From Schmidtea nova (lineage: Eukaryota), in the NCBI GenBank assembly GCA_044892505.1, contig CM097882.1, forward strand, positions 465,310,001 through 465,374,000: a stretch of 64,000 nt of DNA. The letters run 5' to 3'. Each line of letters begins with the position of its first letter. Position 1 is the stretch's first letter. Under the pieces are notes generated by a model. It ran no database searches. It saw only the letters and a list, made by a program, of their open reading frames with translations, and was not told the DNA's origin. The position numbers and the translations under genes are program-made. This document shows positions 19,877 through 31,014 of this stretch, piece after piece.

Positions 19877-21123
19877 GAAAGGCTAAAGTAATGAAAAAAT
19901 AATGAGTATTTCTTGTTAAAATGTTAAAATAAAAAAATGAGAAAAATCATTTAAATATATTTTATTGATCAAAATCATTTAAATATTTTATGAAAAAATA
20001 ATGAGTATTTCTTGTTAAAATGTTAAAATAAAAAAATGAGAAAAATAAGATTTATGCAGAAAATAAAAAAAATGCGATCAGTATTTTATTTTTAGAAAGT
20101 TAGTATTTGGTAGTATGTGATGAGAACTGTAGAGCCCAGAAGATTATCCTATTAAAATCTGTCTTGGGACAGCTGGGGTGGGTGCACTGTACGTACCGCT
20201 GTTTGAGTGTGTGCTTGTGTATGTTAGTAAATGTTTTAATAAAATAAACTAACAAAATACAAAATCTTTCAACGAAACTATTTTAAGAACAAAAATTCAA
20301 AGTTACTCACGTAAAAAACGAATAGCCTGTAATTTCAATTTAGGGGAACTTGTTTCAGATTTACTTCTTCCTTTCAGTTAATTTCTTTCTATAGGGTAAT
20401 TTTCTTTTATCTTCTGTTCTTGATTGTTTATGAATTTTCCTAGGCAATTTTTCTGGTTTTATTTAGTTTTGGTTCCTTCGATTTTATTTTCATCTCGGCA
20501 ATTTATTTTGGTTTTCTTAATTTTCGTTAAACAATCTCTTTTGCACTTAGTAATTTTTTTATTTTTAAAATCCAATTTTTTTCTCTCGTAATTTATTTGT
20601 AATTTATAATCCATTTTTTTCTTTTATAGTTATTTCTAATTTTCAATGACAATTGATTTTTGTTTTGAATTTGAATTTTTTAAAATTTCCTTTTCTTTAA
20701 ATTAATTGTTTATTCATGGCTATTTGCCAAATGAACAAAATGACAGAATCAATAAAAAGGGGGGTCATCCTGTGTCCGCAAGGACGCCCACGACAATAAT
20801 CACACAATACAACATTAACAACAATAATCATAAAAATGCTGTATTAACACGGTGTATTTGATGATAGTGTGCCCTGGAACCTCGCTGGGCAACTCGAAAA
20901 AATAACTGGGATAGTCCTCAAGGTATTGGACATCTACATCGATTGGCCACTCTTGTTTTCCGTGCTAAACGATGTCATCGGGGCTGTCCCGAAATAGGCT
21001 AAAACTAGGCATTTCCCCTGTCTCGGCGAATCGTTCCTGATGTTCAGCTAGGATCTATCTTGCCAGATCTGTAGGAATCTGCTTGAAGTTGCCGTAGTCT
21101 AATATCGGCTTGTAATAATTTGT

Positions 21124-22791
21124 ATGCAAAGATACTTTGAATTTATCCACAGTATCTTTGCATACAAATTATTACAAGCCGATATTAGACTGACAAACAG
21201 CGCCAGGAATATTGAATCTGCTAATGCTACGGCAACTTACATTGTTGAATTTGTCAACATGAAGTGGAAAACAAATGCCTTTTATTACAAATACTTTCTA
21301 GATGTCAGACCATTGAAAGTTTCTGCTAACGGTAAACGTTTGGAAGTTCTTATCAATTCCTATGGATACATCACTACGGAGTCCAATGAATCAATGTTGG
21401 GATATTTCCGCATCAATGATAAATATGAAATCAGCAGATTAGTTGAATCGCATAATAAGCGCTATCAACCGATTTACATCGCTGACGTGCCAGTGATTAT
21501 TCTGCCTGAAATCACAGAAATAGTTGCCTTAGAAACGAAGGAATTTATGGAACTATCTAAAACTTTAAAACTAAATATTTTTAATAAACAATGCTATGCC
21601 AAAGTTGTTATTGGGCCTTACTTTTATGTCAATCTTAGTGATAACATTGAATTTGTTACTGAGAGAGAGAAATTTATAAAGATCGAAATATGGGTACAGA
21701 ATATATTTCTCCGTTTAAACTTGATATTTAATCAACTTCCGTGGGAAATAAGGATCGAGTTCTTGGTGGATCACTTGCCTATTTTGACTCCAAAAACGTG
21801 CTTGAGTGACTTTAAAGGTCCCCGTTTAAGTGCCCGGGAATTGCTCGAACCTTTCAAAAGTGATTCTTCTATTAGATGTTTTAAGTTGGAAGGCCAAATG
21901 CCGTTCACCGGTATGGCTTTAATATTGAATACTACTTTCTATAGGTCTTTGGCAATGATCGTCCAACATTATTACATCAACATTATTTTCGGATTGTTTG
22001 TATTCATTGTCTTTACAATGTGCATTTTTGAAGGTTCTTATATGATGAACTTATTAGTCTCAAGAAAATTACGATTTTATTGTCAATTGATGTCCTATCA
22101 AGATCCGAAAGTGAATGTATTTAGAGTATGTACTGTGCTATCCAATCCATGTGTGTATCATTTTTATATGGTTATTCAATCTTTGAGACCTCCTTTTATT
22201 TTTATTCGTGAAATTTTGGTAAACTGCCTGTTTGATATTTTCACAGACATTTCCAAAACTTGGTGTTATGTTTCAAATCTTATTCTTAAATTTTACAGAT
22301 TTTTCAACGTCTCTTTCAATCAATTAATAAAGAAAAGTGATACAATTAAGATTTATATAGAAACTGGTTATCAAATAAATATTACCTTTTCTGACAATTA
22401 TATCTACACACTCCGAGTGATTGGACAAGTACTTTCTAATAAGCAAGCCGGCAGTGGAACACCTCCTTATGAGATCCTCCTTGGGGGATTACCCGATGGT
22501 TTCGATCGATCTTTGGTTCGACCTGGAATCCTTCTTTCCCTGCTATGTGGCAAGACTAAGTACATGTTAACCAATGGCCGTAAGCCGAATACCGACTACG
22601 GACATTCGGAAACTAAAGTATATTTATATTTATTTGTAAATTTTTGTAAAATAATAAGCGAGGGAACAAATATAAAATTGATGAATCGGCAACCACGCCA
22701 AAAATCTGAATACCTTGGTGTGGTTTCCGGTTCATCAAAAGGGGCATGGCTACTATTAGGAAATTGTCGTACAAGTTGGAATTTGATATAG
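21124..22791 (+). CDS. Orphan 555-aa ORF, intronless, one hydrophobic segment
   Basis: Stop-free length is very unlikely by chance in AT-rich DNA; no motif recognised; candidate TM YYINIIFGLFVFIVFTMCIF. Confidence 0.5.
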   Translation: MQRYFEFIHSIFAYKLLQADIRLTNSARNIESANATATYIVEFVNMKWKTNAFYYKYFLDVRPLKVSANGKRLEVLINSYGYITTESNESMLGYFRINDKYEISRLVESHNKRYQPIYIADVPVIILPEITEIVALETKEFMELSKTLKLNIFNKQCYAKVVIGPYFYVNLSDNIEFVTEREKFIKIEIWVQNIFLRLNLIFNQLPWEIRIEFLVDHLPILTPKTCLSDFKGPRLSARELLEPFKSDSSIRCFKLEGQMPFTGMALILNTTFYRSLAMIVQHYYINIIFGLFVFIVFTMCIFEGSYMMNLLVSRKLRFYCQLMSYQDPKVNVFRVCTVLSNPCVYHFYMVIQSLRPPFIFIREILVNCLFDIFTDISKTWCYVSNLILKFYRFFNVSFNQLIKKSDTIKIYIETGYQINITFSDNYIYTLRVIGQVLSNKQAGSGTPPYEILLGGLPDGFDRSLVRPGILLSLLCGKTKYMLTNGRKPNTDYGHSETKVYLYLFVNFCKIISEGTNIKLMNRQPRQKSEYLGVVSGSSKGAWLLLGNCRTSWNLI

Positions 22792-23507
22792 TGGATCTTC
22801 TCTCTCCTGACACTCCTCCGAGTTTATCTTGATTAAATAAGAACATTGTTTTATATTCTGAGACTAAAATGATATAAGGTAAATTATTCTTTTATTACTG
22901 ATCTATGTCTATAATATAAGCTGTAAAACGTTTTCATTATCCCTAATTTACCTAAACGGTCGCTACATTTAACTACGGGGTTTATTTATGTATTAATTAG
23001 GTAGAATTGAAGAATTTCCCATTATCAATTTATTATCACGGGTGAATTAATTTCATGCATTTAATGTTGTAGTAAAAGTCCTCATTTCCATTAATAGATT
23101 TTATTTAATTAAAATTGTCGCTCCGAGGAGCTAGCGCATATCCCTCTCGGACCAGCATTAGCCTCTGTATGGCCAATGCAGATACAAAAAAAATCTTTAC
23201 AAATTAACAACAGAGAACTCGCAGGGAGTTGACTGTAAAGAAACACAAAAGGTATTAAGCTATATACAACATCGTTTATGTAGTAGGGTCTATAGTTCAT
23301 CGAGCAATGTTATTTCACAAAAGTGCAATCTCACAAAAGTATGGCTCAATCGTAGTCTGAGTGTCATCGGCTGGTGATTACAGGATGCTGCAATACGAGT
23401 GAGGAGTCAGCGCCAGCCGTAGGTTCTTTGATGAGTGACTGGAGGTCCGGCATGAATTTTGATTAACTTTCTAGAGCAATAAATGTATGTATGATAATAA
23501 TCATAGT

Positions 23508-26090
23508 TAATTCCCCTTCATAGTAATGTGGTCCATGAAAATGGCGAAGCTCGAGACAACTGCGGTTTTCATGGTAAGAAGAGTAAGGGATTTAAGCTCA
23601 TTTGGGCGGAGACCAATATCAAGTAAAGGTTTGTCTTTAGCATGATCCCAGGAGCCAAAGGTGCCAACAACAAGGGCAGATATAATAGTCTACAGTTGTT
23701 AGTCTTACCGGTTTCAAGAGCAAGGTCGCGGTATTTTACAAAGTTGTCAAGGTGGGCGTTTTGGAAATTCAGCTGTGTGTCATATGGGACTTACATAAAG
23801 AATGTGTATGAGTTTGTTACGTTGAGATTTGATAGTTAGGTCATGACGGAGAGTGCTATCGACACCGGGAGGGGGACGTTCAATATCAATTTGGAATTTT
23901 TTCGAGATGAAGAAGTTGCTGACGGCAAGCAGGACCGCATTGTGTTTATTACGACGTGCATTCGTGGTTTGAGTGCAGTGGTTAAATATATGGGCTTGAA
24001 TCTCCCAGTCCAGGTTACAGAGTCTGCAATTGAGTGATTCACCATTTTTACGTCTCTGAGTTGAGAACTTTAACGGGAGCATGTAGTTACGTGCTTTGAG
24101 AAGAAACTAATATTAGTTGTCCGTGAGTACCGATTTCTTAAGAAGCATTCCAGATGATCGGTTCTCCCCCACGTTCTTCGAAATATGTCCTTGGCACGTC
24201 ATGATCATCTACTTGGAAGCATACCATTTACTGGTTGGACCGTGTAGCGTTGAGGGTCTTCACGAAGGTTTAGTGAGTTAATATAGATAAGGAAATAAGA
24301 GGTTTTAATTTCAGAGACGTGTCTGTAGACCAAATGTTTGATGTAATCGTTTTGCAGAAGTGCGGAATTTGCCAAAAAGGCATTTAGGTCCACCAATGTC
24401 TCATTTAATGTCAGAGTTAAGCAATTTCAGGGCTTTTGTTAAGCTATCATCTTTTGTCGAGAAACGGGTGTTCATGGCGTGTATCATTTCAGAGGTAATG
24501 AAGTTTCGCATTAAGGAGTCTTGGGAGTTGAGTAAGCGAAGTAGGTGAATAACACTTTGGATCAAGTATTCATCAATGCTTGGGGCAAGACAAGACCACC
24601 ATGAGAGGTGAGCGTAGAAGAAATTATTATTGATATTGTGATGGTAATCTTGCATGGCAGTTTTGACAAGAAATTTAATTTTTTGGTCAAATCTCATTTG
24701 TTTAGAGCGCTTTTGTACAGTTTTTTGCCGGCTGCTATCAAGAATCAGATGGTTGATAATGCAGTTGCGAAAAGGAAAGACAAACCGTGAGTGGATAAAG
24801 GCTTTGTAAACAAAGATCTTTTGAGCTGGATGTAGATCCGATTTGAATAGAGTTTTCGAGTCAGTAAGAGCAGTATCCAGGATGTGGTCTGTATTGTGCT
24901 TGATTTTACTACTAAAACCAACACCAATGTATTTGTAGATGTTGTTCTCATCGATGATTGGAATGACTTCATCAGAGATGTGAAAAGGTTCTTCATTGTG
25001 ATTTCAGTTGATTTGGAAATGTCCGCATTTACTGAGGCGGAATCTGAGGTTAGCCATCATAGTGGAGGAGGTGATATCATGTAGCATGAGTGACATACCA
25101 TTACTTGTTTCAGAGATCAGGGCAATATCATTGGCATACGCCATGATACTGATATCGTATCGATTAATGTGTAGTGGATGGTCAGCAAGTATGTTGCGTA
25201 GGATAAAGTTGACAGAGATACAGAACAATTTCATGGACACGGGGCATCCTTGTTTGACACCATTATGGATTGGGATATAGGGAGTGATTCGCTCTTCACA
25301 TTCATAGAAACATTGCACATCTGTAGAGAGTTCTTTTAGAAGTGCAATGGTTTTTGGGTGAAGTACAATTGTAGAAAGCGTGTGCCACATGAGATCGTGG
25401 GGGAGACTTCCAAAGGCATTGGCAAGGTCAAGCCAAATGACATTGAGATCTTTTTTATTACGGATGGCACATTCTTTGGTAAGAGTGAGAACAAAGTTGT
25501 GTTCGGCACAGCTATCAAGGATACGAACGGCTTTTTGGTTAGGGGAGAGATGATCACCAAGAGAAATCCATTCGAGAAGTCGCATATTGAGAATAGAATA
25601 GAAGATACGATAATAGGTATCAAGAATAGTTAATGAACGCCAGGATGAGAGAGTATGACAGGTTTTCTTTACGAGGTTTAATAATGAGTTTAGTCTTAAA
25701 AGTTTTCCAGACTTTAGGAGTGATATCATTGTGTAAGATATTGTTGAAGAGAGCAGTCAGAAAAGGCAATTTTGGGTCGAGAATTTTGCCCCAGTCATTG
25801 TATGATATATTGCTTTGTCCTGGTGCAGATAGTTTATCAAGAGTTTTAAATTCCTGGTAAGTGTCATCAGCAAGAATAGGGCCTTGAGTGAGAAGGTCAT
25901 AATGCAAATGTGGAGGAGATAGTTTACAAGCCTTAGGATTCATATGCTTCTTAGTTGTTGTAAAACCAGAGCACATGCGACCGAGTTCAAGAGTGGCAAG
26001 GGTTTCCTTTTTATTTAAAAGATTATCCATAGTAAGTTTTGTTTTCCTATCAAAGTTGGTGCGTAGTGTGAAGACAAGTTTCATTTCCAT
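23508..26090 (-). mobile_element. Degenerate non-LTR retrotransposon with restriction-like endonuclease (R2/NeSL-type)
   Basis: WRSLTILDTYYRIF, WLDLANAFGSLPH, GVKQGCPVS, YANDIALI, CRLCNLDWEIQAHIFNHC, RRNKHNAVL, LRHDLTI, ALVVGTFGSW; many stops and frameshifts. Confidence 0.88.
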
Positions 26091-26642
26091 TAATTTCTAC
26101 ATAGAGTTTCAATTGACTCTGGAGATTGCACTTAACTCTGTTGCCTAAATGAACACCACTTTCTGTCTATTTTCAATTACGGCCTGTCAGTCATTATCTC
26201 CTACGATCTACGGTAAATTCACTTTATTATCATAATTGCTCCAGGCACGAATGCACTTAGAGGTAATTGATCCATGTGATAAATCAAAAATTTTAGCGCT
26301 AAGTGGTTTCCCTAAATCTATTTTCGATGAAAGCACGTTTGCAATTATCGGCGCTATTACGAACACACACTGCATGTGGATCATTATATAATCAATTAGT
26401 TTAACTGTTACTCACCTAAGTTACTCACCCTCGCCGTGCTTCAAAAAAACAAAAATAATTGATTTTGTTGCAATTAGTGCATTAGATGGCTGGTAATCAG
26501 TATCTCTGCTATTTCGTTATTAATTCTCTCTTAATAGTTATCGAACAACCATCGTAAATTAGTCTATTTTTTATATATTTGTACCTTCTCGTCCACTGGT
26601 TGTAACGCTCTCTGGGAATAGCCGAAAATGTGAGTATTTGAA

Positions 26643-27097
26643 AGTAGGTAGATGTGTGGAGTCAAAGACAAAGGAATGCGTGGGCGTAAAATTTTAAACA
26701 AAGAGTTTTTTTTCAAGACCCCCCCGGGGGGGTAAAATTTTTTTTTTCAAATTTTTTTTCGCGCCAAAAATTTTTTTCAAATTTTTTTTTGCGCCAAAAA
26801 TCTTTTTCAAATTTTTTTTTTAACAAATTTTTTTAACACTAATATGAGTCATTGAAAAGTTTGCAACACGCGTGCAACTTAAACAAAGACAATGCAATAC
26901 ACGTGCAACATGAACAAAGACATTCTAAATACAAAGACAAAGACTTTGCAACACGCGTGCAACATGAACAAAGACTTTGCAACACATGTGCAAGGTAAAA
27001 CTTATTTATGAACAACTTAAATTATAAAAATAAATTAATAAAGTAAACTTAAAAAAAAATTATAATAAAAAAAATAATAATATTGACTTATAAAAAT
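26643..27097 (+). mobile_element. Terminal segment of a second Polinton-like copy (runs into a gap)
   Basis: Begins AGTAGGTAG ((AGT)n-like terminus); 26820-26990 is homologous to 53410-53570 (AATATGAGTCAT and repeated AACAAAGACA / TGCAA units). Confidence 0.5.
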
Positions 27098-27502
27098 NNN
27101 NNNNNNNNNNNNNNNNNNNNNNNNNNNNNNNNNNNNNNNNNNNNNNNNNNNNNNNNNNNNNNNNNNNNNNNNNNNNNNNNNNNNNNNNNNNNNNNNNNNN
27201 NNNNNNNNNNNNNNNNNNNNNNNNNNNNNNNNNNNNNNNNNNNNNNNNNNNNNNNNNNNNNNNNNNNNNNNNNNNNNNNNNNNNNNNNNNNNNNNNNNNN
27301 NNNNNNNNNNNNNNNNNNNNNNNNNNNNNNNNNNNNNNNNNNNNNNNNNNNNNNNNNNNNNNNNNNNNNNNNNNNNNNNNNNNNNNNNNNNNNNNNNNNN
27401 NNNNNNNNNNNNNNNNNNNNNNNNNNNNNNNNNNNNNNNNNNNNNNNNNNNNNNNNNNNNNNNNNNNNNNNNNNNNNNNNNNNNNNNNNNNNNNNNNNNN
27501 NN
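27098..27502. other. Assembly gap (N run)
   Basis: 405 N bases. Confidence 1.
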
Positions 27503-28149
27503 AATCCAAATATATATTTTGCACAATATATTTCGAGAACTTAATTCTCTTCATCAGGTGCTACCCAATCTTACATCGAAATATAAATCACATAAATCGA
27601 TTTATTCGAACAAATTAGTATTAATTTTTAAAATAAAATATATATTTTAAATTCTATTATAGTCAAAAAATTTATATCGATTAAAAATTTTAAAATTTAA
27701 ATAAATCAATCTTAAAAATATAATATTCTTTTATTTTTACACAAAAAAATATTTTTTTTAAGAATATATTATAAATATTTTCATATATTTCGCAATCTGT
27801 TTTCAATTCTGTTTTATTTTCGGTACTTTTTTTTTCTAAAATCTAAATTCTAAAAAAAAACTGTTTGTTACAATCATAAATTTTGGCCCTGAAGAGGGCC
27901 GATTGTGCATTCTCATATCTTTTTTTTGGATTTTTCTGTTTTTGGATTTTCTGTTTGTATTTTTTTTTTTGATTTTCTCTTATTTTTTCCATTTTCTGTT
28001 TTTAATTATTTCCAGCCATCATTGCAAATAATTATGCTCCGGCTCTTCGTAAAAGAAATACGGATCGTCATCTTGTATCTGTTGTTGTAGCTGTTGTTGT
28101 TGTTGTTGATTCTGCTGAGGCTGCTCCGTATCTAAAATACTGTTACCCC

Positions 28150-29022
28150 CTCTATAATGAGTAACATTGTATTCCTTAAAAACAGCTATTGTATCTCGGC
28201 AAATCAAACATGTTAATTTTGAGTTCTGCATTATAAAGAAATAATTTTCTTCCCAATGATCGCTGTATTTTCTGTTTTCTTCTGAAACTCTTCTTTTTTT
28301 GGAATACATTCTAAAGGCCATGTATAATTATTCAAAATAAGTGCATTTACTGTTACTTAATTATTTATTTAATTTTTCTGGTATAGAAATATAATTAATT
28401 AGATTTTTTATATTACTTTTTTTTGTGTTATATAATTTGATATTGTTTATCACTTAAAAATACGCCACTTCATATCTTAACAAAAACAAAGCCAAACTAA
28501 AAAAGTTTTTCAATAATTGTCGCCATCTTTAGTTATATTTTTCTGGCAAAGCCTACTATATAAATATTTTTGAATTACTCGTTTAAATTTTTTACTTATG
28601 AATAAATATATATGCACGGAAAACGGATTTTTCTGCCAACTGAGAAAACGGATTTTTTCCAAACAAGTATACTGTGTGTCCATTTCATTACATAAAACAA
28701 AAATGTTTACAACAATTTTATTACACGTAAAAATATGCAATCAAATAAAAACCAATGAAGATTATGAATATAAACTTTTCACAAAACAAAAATTATAATG
28801 AGACGGACTAAAAATCATAACAAAAACTTTTTAATATTGAATTTTGTAGTCAATTTTTTTCTAAAAAGTCTGTATTTAATAATTTGGGTAGATTTTGTAA
28901 TATATTTATTTTTTTATAGATTCTGTAAAAATATTTTACCGCGAATAATAATCATGCCACGGGCCGCAAAATATTCACAAAGGGCCGCATGCGGCCCGCG
29001 GGCCGCGGGTTGGCCACGCCTG
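28150..29022 (-). mobile_element. 5' fragment of a hAT (Buster/SPIN-like) transposon
   Basis: Terminus CAGGCGTGGCCAACCCGCGGCCCGCGGGCCGCATGCGGCCC; truncated transposase N-terminus KKRRVSEENRKYSDHWEENYFFI..LTCLICRDTIAVFKEYN. Confidence 0.8.
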
Positions 29023-29223
29023 ATAATGACCATATGCCAGGCTTTTATTTTTCCCTACCCAATTGCGCAAAAGCTGGTAGCCTCTATGGCCTCCCTGACT
29101 CTCACAAGCAAGAGAGTTCCGAAAATTAAACATAAAACTTCAAAAGAGAATCAAGAACAATATTAAATTGTTTATAAAAATATATTAAACAAACACAAAA
29201 ATTTTACGATACAGCTTAATATC

Positions 29224-29825
29224 AGAGGGTTCCACACAAATTGAGTTACTCTTCCAAGGATTTTTATTTGACTCTTAGTTTAATGCTAGATGAAATTAAT
29301 GCGTGCTTCTGTGTAAGGATGAATTGCTGCTAAAATGTTACTAAGGTATGCTACTAAAAATTATGCTCGAAATGAGAAAATAATAATAACGCTAAAATGT
29401 GTTAAAACAAACTGCCGAAGTCTGATTGAGCGTCCTTTTTTATAAAAAAATTTTTGCTCGTTCAACTAATTAAAATTGGCTTGTGTTTTTATTGGCTTAA
29501 TAACCAATTTTTAATATTTCTCCCATTTTTTGTTAATTATTTCTTTTTCGTTTGTTTTATTTTTCTGGTTTATTTTTATAAATCAATTTAATTCTTATTT
29601 TATTTTATTTTTCTATGTTTCACTTTACTTTAGAATTTTTTTTCTCGTTTTATTTGTTTTGCTTGTTCATTTTTATTTTTTATTATTTCTATTATTCACT
29701 GAAATTTTCGTTTTTTGGTTTTCTTGTATTATTTCACCGTTTAATTAATTTTCTTAATTTCTTTTGTATTTTTCTTATATTATTTTAGGTTTAATGTCGT
29801 TTTTGTCTATGATACTAACCCAACT
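29224..29825 (-). repeat. Solo LTR-like repeat of the TGTTGGG...AACCCTCA family
   Basis: Shares TACTAACCCAAC with 47614-47625 and GAGGGTT with 47012; A-rich body on the minus strand; flanks ATATC/ATATA resemble a TSD; terminal dinucleotides read AG/CT rather than TG/CA. Confidence 0.45.
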
Positions 29826-31014
29826 ATATAAAAGTTAATATTTTAAAAAAACAATAAAACTTTCGATAAAGAAATTACAATGAAGGATAAACTTTTTTCT
29901 CTACAACCAGAATTATATTTTGAAAAAATAGTAATAATTCGTTATACTTTTTTGTAAAAAAATATAATTAATTATATTATGATAATCATTCAATGTTAAA
30001 AAACTAATCTTTGAGAATAGAACATGTTTTGATAAATGTATAAAGACAAAAAAATAGTACTAATTTGGTATTTAACAAAATGTATTATGCGATGTACAGG
30101 CGGGTAACTTAATACCCGTTCACTTCACAATCTTCATATGAAATAGCACTAACATGTAACATGATGTACTTTGTTATTGCAGGAAGATATAGATAACGGC
30201 AAGCGATCAGCAATGGCCGGTCGAAAATCATGCAGACTGTAGTCTAGGGATTGCAATACCGAACACCTTCCGGTATTTCGGCATTTCGGTATTAAGGAAA
30301 TCTCGATACCGGTATTACCGCTATTTTCGGTATTACTATTATTTATGGAATAAAAAGATTTAATTACAAGATACCAAGAATACAACAAAGTTATTATTCA
30401 ATTCAATTCAATGTTTATTTAGTTATTAAAAACAAAACAATTGAAGATTAAATATATACAGTAATTTTCCTACTTTTTAAATCCTTTTTTGCACGCAGAA
30501 AACATAAATTATCGATGCTTTCATCCGAAAGGCGTGATCTTATTTTCTTGCAGATTAATCCTGTTGCAGAAAACGCACGTTCACATTCTACACTTGTAGG
30601 ACAAACAGTCATGAGGAAATTGCACACATTTTGCAAATATTTGCTTTTCATATTTTAAGATTCGAAATATGGGATTTCCCTTTGAATAACTTTGGTGAGA
30701 TCCTTAGCTGATTTCTTCGAATTAATCTCATTTTCACGCTTACTTTGTTGGGTTTTTTCCATCATAAATTTGTTGCAACTTTTCCTGAATTGTAAGAAAT
30801 TTGTCCTAAGCAATAATTTCTGGAGCAATATTAATCGGCTCTACATCATCATCGGATTTATCTGCCACTGATACGTCTATGTTTATGTTTTGATCACCTA
30901 AACGTTCAACCAACTTAACAATTATTTGTATTAGGGCTGTTTTGCTTATTTTGTTAAATATTCCGTAATTGTCATCGTTTTCATGGTTAGATGGATTGTA
31001 CAAATAGTGTAGAA

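Noticed and set aside
18823-20182. GGGACAG(T/C)TGG..TGGG repeats as Merlin TIRs
   Set aside because: They are direct, not inverted, and no TSD could be assigned.
27035-27554. ORFs spanning N runs (also 52917-53396)
   Set aside because: Artefacts of assembly gaps.
27885-27900. GGCCCT-GAAG-AGGGCC hairpin as a Helitron 3' end
   Set aside because: No CTRR terminus at the expected distance on either strand and no Rep/helicase remnant.
28019-28321. Gln-rich 100-aa protein
   Set aside because: Chimeric frame: hAT transposase N-terminus joined at about 28150 to unrelated sequence.
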